Origin: a virus
Taxonomy: Duplodnaviria > Caudoviricetes
Direction: 5' to 3' (one strand)
IMG/VR virus record: IMGVR_UViG_2595698595_000001
Coordinates: 128,001 to 192,000 of that record
Length of the DNA: 64,000 nt
A program made the translations under genes and the position numbers. Position 1 is the first letter of the stretch; each line of letters starts with the position of its first letter. Shown here piece after piece: positions 57,438-64,000 of this stretch. The notes below the pieces were generated by a model. That model was given only the letters and a program-made list of their open reading frames with translations, made no database searches and had not been told where the DNA came from.

Positions 57438-58192
57438 TGGATTTATTAGTAATAAGAGATTTAGCTACAGATAACGAAACATTAGGTAAACTATATATCG
57501 ATGGTAAGTTTTTCTGTTATACATTGGAAGACGTTTCAAGACCTGTAAAATTGTACGGTGATACTTGTATTCCTTATGACGATAACTATAAAGTTAAGAC
57601 TACTAATTCACCTAGATTCGGTAGACCTTTACCTTTAGTTTGGAATAACTCTAAAGACGAATCCGTAACTAATAGAAATGGTGACAGATGGTCGGGTATT
57701 CGTTTCCATGGTGGTAATCATCATATGCATACTTTAGGATGTTTATTAGTAGCTAAGAATAGATACGATAATAAACCTACGAAATTCGATTACAAAGGAA
57801 AGACTTATACTTTCGATAATTGGATTCAAGGTAGTATGATTGATCCGTTAGTTGCAAAACTTGGAAAGAATACTTCGAATATGAAGATAGTTTTATCAGA
57901 TAGTTTCAAAGATTTAAGAACTATCAATACTGATAAAATCAATTTCAGTTTTAAAGTAAACGAATTAGATAATTCAGATACTTTAAAAATTAAGAACGCT
58001 TTGATTAAACATGGATATCCAATTGAAGATAGTAAGTTCGATTGGGTTATGCAAGAATACGTATACATGTTTCAGAAAGCTAATGGAATAAATCCAAACG
58101 GTATCGTTAACAAAGAAACTATGACAGCTTTAGGTCTGTTATGGGATGATTACGAATTAGTTGAACCAATCGATCATTTAAAAATCAAATAA
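57437..58192 (+). CDS. DUF5675-family putative endolysin with peptidoglycan-binding domain
   Basis: TLGKLYIDGKFFCYTLED, TCIP, SPRF, GIRFHGGN..HTLGCLLV; C-terminal FQKANGINPNGIV. Confidence 0.75.
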   Translation: MDLLVIRDLATDNETLGKLYIDGKFFCYTLEDVSRPVKLYGDTCIPYDDNYKVKTTNSPRFGRPLPLVWNNSKDESVTNRNGDRWSGIRFHGGNHHMHTLGCLLVAKNRYDNKPTKFDYKGKTYTFDNWIQGSMIDPLVAKLGKNTSNMKIVLSDSFKDLRTINTDKINFSFKVNELDNSDTLKIKNALIKHGYPIEDSKFDWVMQEYVYMFQKANGINPNGIVNKETMTALGLLWDDYELVEPIDHLKIK

Positions 58193-58476
58193 TGTCACTA
58201 TCTAGTAAAGTAACAGCTTTAGGAAAGGATATAGAAAAAGCTAGTAAAGAAGCTATGAAATCAGCAATGAAATCAGCTGACAAAATTTCAGTGGTTGAAG
58301 CTAATACTTCTGATGATATATCTGAAACTTATTCTGAAAGATTCGCTTCGGAATTTGGAAAATCGTTTGGTCCTAAATTAGCTGAATTGATAAAGGACTA
58401 TGTTCAGGATGCTGAAGTAAAACACGTACTAACTGCACCTAACGGTCCAGTTAAAGGAGAAATAAAATTGCTATAA
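58192..58476 (+). CDS. small virion-associated protein
   Basis: LAELIKDYV..A.V...NGPV.G pattern in a baseplate/neck context. Confidence 0.5.
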   Translation: MSLSSKVTALGKDIEKASKEAMKSAMKSADKISVVEANTSDDISETYSERFASEFGKSFGPKLAELIKDYVQDAEVKHVLTAPNGPVKGEIKLL

Positions 58477-58478
58477 AA

Positions 58479-59303
58479 ATGACAGAACCTCAAAATCCAG
58501 ATTTCGGTGGTATACAGCTAACAGAAGCTGATTACTCTTTCATGACTTTCATACAATCTGAGATTTCAGAAGACGGTCAAATACCTTTCGAATATCCATT
58601 AGAATCTATGCCAAAAGTCATAAAGAAATGTGCATTGTTTTTCTATACAGAATACGATTTAGCTGTTCAAGAAGAATGGCTAATGATAAAGTATTCTGAT
58701 ATTCGTGACACTAATCAAAATCAATCTATAAGATTACCTGATGATATTCAAAACGTTTACGAATTGAAGGTTATCAATCAAAATAGTTGTATGGCTTGTG
58801 GTAACATGGCTAAGTTCGCACCTTGGGGTATGTTATCGTATATGTCAGGACCTATGAACGGTTCATATTCTTCTATAAGTAGACAACGTTCAACTATGTT
58901 CAATAACTTATATGACAGAGAAATGGGATTTCAGGAAGGTCTTATAAGAATGTTTGAAGTTCAGCAATATGAATCTCTGTTTACAAAAGGAGTAAGATTT
59001 AATTACAATCAGAACACGCATAAACTATTGATACAAGGTGCTTATAACGGTGATTTAGTTCTTTCAGTATTTAAACGAATTCCTCCGGAAGATTTGTATA
59101 ACGATAGATTGTTCATCGAATATGTTACAGCAGCATGTCTAATGCGTGTTAAACGTATCATAAATTCTTTCGATTTCCAATATCCTGGAAATGTTAAACT
59201 GAATGTCGATGAAATCACAGCTGACGCTAAAGAACGTTTCGATAAAGTTGAAGATTATATCAAGGAAACTAGTAACGGTTCCGATTTGATACTAATGAGT
59301 TAA
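58479..59303 (+). CDS. T4 gp13-like neck protein
   Basis: LPDDIQNV; C-terminal F..QYPGNVKLN..EI..DAKE resembles gp13 LPGGV.LNG. Confidence 0.65.
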   Translation: MTEPQNPDFGGIQLTEADYSFMTFIQSEISEDGQIPFEYPLESMPKVIKKCALFFYTEYDLAVQEEWLMIKYSDIRDTNQNQSIRLPDDIQNVYELKVINQNSCMACGNMAKFAPWGMLSYMSGPMNGSYSSISRQRSTMFNNLYDREMGFQEGLIRMFEVQQYESLFTKGVRFNYNQNTHKLLIQGAYNGDLVLSVFKRIPPEDLYNDRLFIEYVTAACLMRVKRIINSFDFQYPGNVKLNVDEITADAKERFDKVEDYIKETSNGSDLILMS

Positions 59304-59324
59304 AAGTTACATGATCATTAATAC

Positions 59325-59358
59325 GAAACCTGTTAGAGAAATCTAACAGGTTTCTTTG
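59325..59358 (+). terminator. intrinsic terminator
   Basis: GAAACCTGTTAGA-GAAA-TCTAACAGGTTTC followed by TTTG. Confidence 0.75.
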
Positions 59359-59404
59359 TTTTATACATAAACTATAACGCATAAAAGAATAGATATTTGA
59401 ACTT

Positions 59405-62400
59405 ATGGCTAACAATCAAACTAGGGCTGAAAACTCACTATCTGAACAACTTAGACAATTGAATCTTAATTCAAACAATATCGTTGATATTATGAATGCT
59501 ATTCAAGAAGCTATAACTTCTGATAAAGTTTCTGTACCTTTTACAATTAAACATCCTGATGGAACTGAAACAACTATTCAGTTACCTACGAATACTTCAT
59601 TGTATAACGAATTAAAAATAGTCTTATCGAATCAAAAGCAAATACTTGGTCTTAATGAATCTGGTCAAAAAGCTGTAGTATTTCAAGATGGGGTAAGACG
59701 TAGTATTGTTCTTTCGTCATATGATAGAATGTTACAGAATTGGCAAAACATAACAAGACTTGAAGACGTTAAGTTATTGAACAAGTCTATTGTTATGAAC
59801 TTTATGAATCCAGTTTCTTCAGTAGCTTTCGATTTACCTTCAAACATTCTATCGACAAATCAAGTATTCGTAAAGAAAATAACTGTATCTAAAGAATTCA
59901 TAACGAATAATACTAACGAATTCGAATATTACGATTTAATACAAGCACTTAGAAATAGTGATACAGTTTTCAAAGAATATGAAGACGTATATGACACTGA
60001 ACCTAGAGTTCAAAGATTTTATGGTAATTTCGATGTTCTTAAGATTACACCTTTGGATAATGGTACAAGTAATGTCGAACTAGAATCATTGAATTACTCT
60101 GATACAGAATCTATATCAAATACTAGAGAATTAGATGCTGGGGATTATCTAACTAACGCTGAAGGTACTAGTAAGTATCTTGTAACTTCAGTAAATAAAA
60201 CTACAAAAGTTGCAAATGTTAAACGTGTTGGTGGTTTTGACGCTATATCGGTTGGTGTAAAACAATTGAATCTTACTGTAGATATCGAAAACGAGCAAAG
60301 ACGTTTACATGTTCCAATCAATGGTAATTCATATCAATATGTTTTCTTAGCACCTGTTAATGTCGATACTAGTGTAAGAACTGAATTATCTAAATCGTAT
60401 AGAATAGATTCAGACGAATTGGTAGTTATCGAAGATTCTGCTAGATTACCATTCAATGCTTATTTCAATCAGAAGGTTCAAAATATAGGTTCGTATCTTT
60501 CTTCATTAATTGAAGAATCTACAATTCCGTTAAGCTTAGGTATTAAACCAGATCGACCACAAGTTGATTCATCCTTCTTCCAAGTTGTTCAAGTTAACGA
60601 ACATTTAATGGATAATACTGACATTAAGAAGATTAATCAGATGCTTACTGAAAAATCTAAAGTATATGCGCAAATCGTAGCTTTAGAAAATTCGATAAGG
60701 GATATTTCTAGTCGTATTAATGCTGGAAAGTATAAGTCAGCTAAAGAACGTAGTCAGGATAGAAACGAACTTCAAAAATTATCCGGTGAACGTAATGATC
60801 GTTCAAAATACTACGATTCTTTGATTAGTGATATAGCTTCGAAAACTCAAAATGAGGATTTGACTACATTAAAACCTAAATACAGAATTCGTGGTTTCTG
60901 GCCAGTACAAGAACCAATATTCTCAGAGAATTCAAGACCTCAGAATATCATTTCGTATTTAGTTCAGTATCGATACTTATCTCCTACGAAAGCTAATACA
61001 AGTTCACAAAGATTAACATATACTGATCAAGGTAAAGAATTAGTTGGTTCGTTTACAGATTGGAACATTTATCCATCCGTAACTTTGAAAAAGGTTAAGA
61101 ATATCGATGGTTCTTATGTATGGGACGCTATTGTAACAGAAGATTCTGATAAGACAAACATAAATCAGTTAGATATTCCTATTAGAGCAGGTGAGAAGGT
61201 TCAGATAAGAATAAAAGCTATTTCAGAAGCTGGTTATCCAGTTTCAGGATTGGAATCTGATTGGTCTGAAATAATTACTGTTGACTTTCCAAACGATTTA
61301 CTAAATACCACTGATGTAATCGATCAAGTAAAATCAAATTTCGAAGACTTAAAACAAGTACAGATAAACGAATTGTTTAGATCAAAAGGAATCGATGAAC
61401 ATTTAGCAACTTCATTCGTTGAACGTGATAAGTATTTCGCTCATAGTTCTCAACAGATAGCATCAGGTTTCTTAACTAACGAACAAACAACGATTTCATT
61501 GTTTGATTATCTTACAAAACAAGCTAACGATCTTACAAGACTTGAAGAATTGTTATCTAAACGTATGGCTAATCTTTCTATTGATATAGTTGACGGTGAT
61601 ACTCAACAGTCTTACTCAGTTCAAAAGAATGCTACTATAAATCTTTTTGGTGGATATTACACTGAGAAAGTTGATTTATCAGAAGCTTCTAATTTCGGTG
61701 ATATCGTTAGGAAACTTTTCTATATTCGTATAACAAACAAATCTGCTATTACAGCTGAGTTACTTTCTACAAGTCCTGGAGTATTATCTAACGATACTAC
61801 AAATAACAATTACAATGTTATAGGAGTTGCTATAAGTGAGGACACAGTTCGTCAGAAAAATGGTCAAGTGTTATACTTACGTAAGAATGATATATCAAGT
61901 TCGATTCCTTTGTATTCTGATGATTTCAGTTTGATTCCAACAACTATTCCATTAGCTGATATCGTAGCTGGTGCTGTCGTAACTGAACATAACGCTGTAC
62001 ATATAAATAATTCAGGAGACGTTGAATCGGTACAAGTAAAAGCTGATTCGGTAGATTTAAACTGGGTTGCGTTAAGTATCAATCATCCTTTCGTTATCGA
62101 ATGGAAAGCTAATCCAAATACAACTACAATAGACAGAATCAAAACTGAATTACAAAGAGTTTCTAGATACAATCAAGTTCATAAAGCTCCAGTTATTCAA
62201 AATGCTTATAATGCTTCAATGACAGCACCTTATAACGTAAATGATAAACATATTGTTGGTTATTTTACAACGGGTTCGAAATTCTTTATGTCTTCGAATA
62301 CGTTTTCATCTATTCAGGTAGCTTCATCAGATGCTGGTGCTGTAAGAGAATTACATCCAGGTGATTCTAATGCTTTGTTAATTCCTATTGTAATGCAATA

Positions 62401-62641
62401 TCGAATGACTGATGCTTTAGGTAGACCTAATGGTGTTTCGACAAACTCATTAAACGATACCTTCGATTACAATAAACTTATAGGTATCGATATGATTATT
62501 AACAATGAACCTTTTAGATTTGACTTAAATGTTCAAGCTAAATTTAGAAGTACAACGTTATCAAATCATGACATATCAATCGATAAAGTGAATCTTGTTA
62601 ACCAATTCCAAACTGGTAACACTTCACCACAAATATCATAA
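59405..62641 (+). CDS. large virion structural protein with coiled-coil and FN3-like segment
   Basis: 1078 aa; YRIRGFWP, VQIRIKAISEAGYP..ESDWS; late box at 59362. Confidence 0.6.
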   Translation: MANNQTRAENSLSEQLRQLNLNSNNIVDIMNAIQEAITSDKVSVPFTIKHPDGTETTIQLPTNTSLYNELKIVLSNQKQILGLNESGQKAVVFQDGVRRSIVLSSYDRMLQNWQNITRLEDVKLLNKSIVMNFMNPVSSVAFDLPSNILSTNQVFVKKITVSKEFITNNTNEFEYYDLIQALRNSDTVFKEYEDVYDTEPRVQRFYGNFDVLKITPLDNGTSNVELESLNYSDTESISNTRELDAGDYLTNAEGTSKYLVTSVNKTTKVANVKRVGGFDAISVGVKQLNLTVDIENEQRRLHVPINGNSYQYVFLAPVNVDTSVRTELSKSYRIDSDELVVIEDSARLPFNAYFNQKVQNIGSYLSSLIEESTIPLSLGIKPDRPQVDSSFFQVVQVNEHLMDNTDIKKINQMLTEKSKVYAQIVALENSIRDISSRINAGKYKSAKERSQDRNELQKLSGERNDRSKYYDSLISDIASKTQNEDLTTLKPKYRIRGFWPVQEPIFSENSRPQNIISYLVQYRYLSPTKANTSSQRLTYTDQGKELVGSFTDWNIYPSVTLKKVKNIDGSYVWDAIVTEDSDKTNINQLDIPIRAGEKVQIRIKAISEAGYPVSGLESDWSEIITVDFPNDLLNTTDVIDQVKSNFEDLKQVQINELFRSKGIDEHLATSFVERDKYFAHSSQQIASGFLTNEQTTISLFDYLTKQANDLTRLEELLSKRMANLSIDIVDGDTQQSYSVQKNATINLFGGYYTEKVDLSEASNFGDIVRKLFYIRITNKSAITAELLSTSPGVLSNDTTNNNYNVIGVAISEDTVRQKNGQVLYLRKNDISSSIPLYSDDFSLIPTTIPLADIVAGAVVTEHNAVHINNSGDVESVQVKADSVDLNWVALSINHPFVIEWKANPNTTTIDRIKTELQRVSRYNQVHKAPVIQNAYNASMTAPYNVNDKHIVGYFTTGSKFFMSSNTFSSIQVASSDAGAVRELHPGDSNALLIPIVMQYRMTDALGRPNGVSTNSLNDTFDYNKLIGIDMIINNEPFRFDLNVQAKFRSTTLSNHDISIDKVNLVNQFQTGNTSPQIS

Positions 62642-62665
62642 GACTTTTCTTTATGCGTAGAACTT

Positions 62666-62693
62666 GGTCGATATCGAAAGATATCGACCTTTC
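62666..62693 (+). terminator. intrinsic terminator
   Basis: GGTCGATATC-GAAA-GATATCGACC followed by TTTC. Confidence 0.7.
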
Positions 62694-62725
62694 TTGTTTT
62701 TATACATATTTCATAAGACTTTACT

Positions 62726-64000
62726 ATGACACTTATCGATCCAACATTAACAGATTCACAGAGAACAAAAACAGGAGTACATTCACTACAAAGAACGAAT
62801 GTAAGATTATCTGGTAACATTAAGTACGTTTACGATAATGATTTCATGTATCTCGAATCGATAAACTCTACAATGTATTTGTCTTCTTCACAATTCAAAG
62901 CTAATAAGATTAACAAGTCAGTTTCTCTTCCATTGGCTGTTAAGAACTTCATGCAAGGTTCTTCTGAATTAACTGAATGGTATACACATAAAAACGTAAA
63001 CTTAGAACAAGCTAAATATCCTTACGAACAGAGGGATTATCTATACGAATGGGGTGCTTATTATGACAGTTCATCACCTTTACAGAAAAATAGATTCTTT
63101 GCACCATTGTTTACTTATGGTGAATTACCTGAAATGTTTTGTATCTTCAGATTAGAAAACGAATCATACGCTAACGATATCAAAAAGATTCTAACGAAAG
63201 GAAAACTAATCAAAGCTGTAGACATGCGTAAAGGTCATAACAGTTATTTCGATTGGATTAGAACATATTTATCGGATAGAAACTTTAGACCTGATTCTTT
63301 ACAGGTAAATTACAGTGGTGACGATAAATCGATTTCGTATTATGGATTTTCAGCTGAGAATGGTAACTGGGCTTCTAAGCGTGAATTCGTTCTTAACGAT
63401 TACTTAGCTAACGAAAGAATGATTCTTGAAACAAATAACGATATCACTAATGGTTATTCCAGGAACTCATTGATTCATCCAGCGTTATTCAATTTCGAAT
63501 TCACTTTCGAAGATTTAGAAGTAGCTAATGGTTGGTCACAATATGTTGGATTCTATTGTAATTTGGATGATATAACAACCGGTGAAGCTGAAAACGTATT
63601 GTTACAAAATCCTGAAGCGTTATTCATTTCCAAACATAAAAACGAATTCGAAAGAACTATTGAACAAGCTGATCCATATTTACAAGTATCGAATAAATTG
63701 ACAGCTTTCAAATCTGAAGAATTAGCTTCACAAGCTGAATTGAATTGGTTATGGATTCCACCTAAGAACTCAGTATTACAGATAAGATTTAATTCGATAA
63801 TTGTTTACGAATTCAAATTTGATTCGTACAATACGATTAAACAGGCGAAACAAGCTTTGTTACGTGATTTTAGGTCAGCTAAGTTGAATAGTGTTTCGTT
63901 AAGAATGTTCGAAGATGGTGATAGATTTTTCATAGCTTCTGTAAATACTTCTGAACAATATGAAAATCTTGAATTAGTTTTACCTTCATCTATAAGAACT
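62726..64000 (+). CDS. large virion structural protein (3'-truncated by window, not in ORF track)
   Basis: MTLIDPTL...SLQRTNVRLSGNIK; frame open at the window end; TATACATA at 62701. Confidence 0.65.
   Translation, partial: MTLIDPTLTDSQRTKTGVHSLQRTNVRLSGNIKYVYDNDFMYLESINSTMYLSSSQFKANKINKSVSLPLAVKNFMQGSSELTEWYTHKNVNLEQAKYPYEQRDYLYEWGAYYDSSSPLQKNRFFAPLFTYGELPEMFCIFRLENESYANDIKKILTKGKLIKAVDMRKGHNSYFDWIRTYLSDRNFRPDSLQVNYSGDDKSISYYGFSAENGNWASKREFVLNDYLANERMILETNNDITNGYSRNSLIHPALFNFEFTFEDLEVANGWSQYVGFYCNLDDITTGEAENVLLQNPEALFISKHKNEFERTIEQADPYLQVSNKLTAFKSEELASQAELNWLWIPPKNSVLQIRFNSIIVYEFKFDSYNTIKQAKQALLRDFRSAKLNSVSLRMFEDGDRFFIASVNTSEQYENLELVLPSSIRT

Noticed and set aside
6046-62820. Short minus-strand and out-of-frame ORFs in the ORF track (e.g. 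6046..6498, 39478..39837, 47321..47581, 54214..54462)
   Set aside because: They lie opposite or within well-supported + strand genes and have shadow-frame composition with no motifs
1-64000. Genome-wide TAG reassignment (alternative genetic code)
   Set aside because: Long conserved genes are intact under code 11. TAG terminates several genes at sensible ends (e.g. nrdF 51604, 43564, 30186). Only one internal TAG was noticed.
1-64000. tRNA/rRNA genes, IS elements, group I introns
   Set aside because: Intergenic gaps are short and AT-rich and I saw no cloverleaf motifs. No transposase or homing-endonuclease ORF was recognised, and nrdE/nrdF frames are continuous. Not checked computationally.

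Overview
AT-rich, densely coded segment of a large T4-like (Tevenvirinae-style gene families) jumbo phage genome. The host is probably a Bacteroidota member: there are no Shine-Dalgarno motifs, the lipoprotein and signal peptides are Bacteroidota-type, and so are the rml genes. All convincing genes except one are on the + strand. Contents: UvsW-like helicase, gp15/gp13/gp5-like virion genes, NAD-dependent ligase, DinG helicase, class Ib ribonucleotide reductase (nrdH/I/E with a mini-intein, and a displaced nrdF), two cell-wall hydrolases, and about 50 small accessory ORFs. The main candidate for a new system is a two-locus DNA sugar-hypermodification pathway. Locus 1 has an atypical dCMP-specific thymidylate-synthase homolog, three glycosyltransferase-like genes and rmlB/C/A. 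Locus 2 has an arabinose-5-P isomerase, a nucleotidyltransferase-kinase and a HAD phosphatase. Other notable signals: a dispersed family of covarying hairpin promoter cassettes (TGAAAC-N14-TAGTATAAT), a WATACATA late-type box, a fixed TTTCAAYT-ATG start context, a tandem array of four ACP-like proteins mostly lacking the phosphopantetheine serine, and an in-frame amber codon in an otherwise intact gene. All functional calls come from motif recognition by eye; no searches were run.
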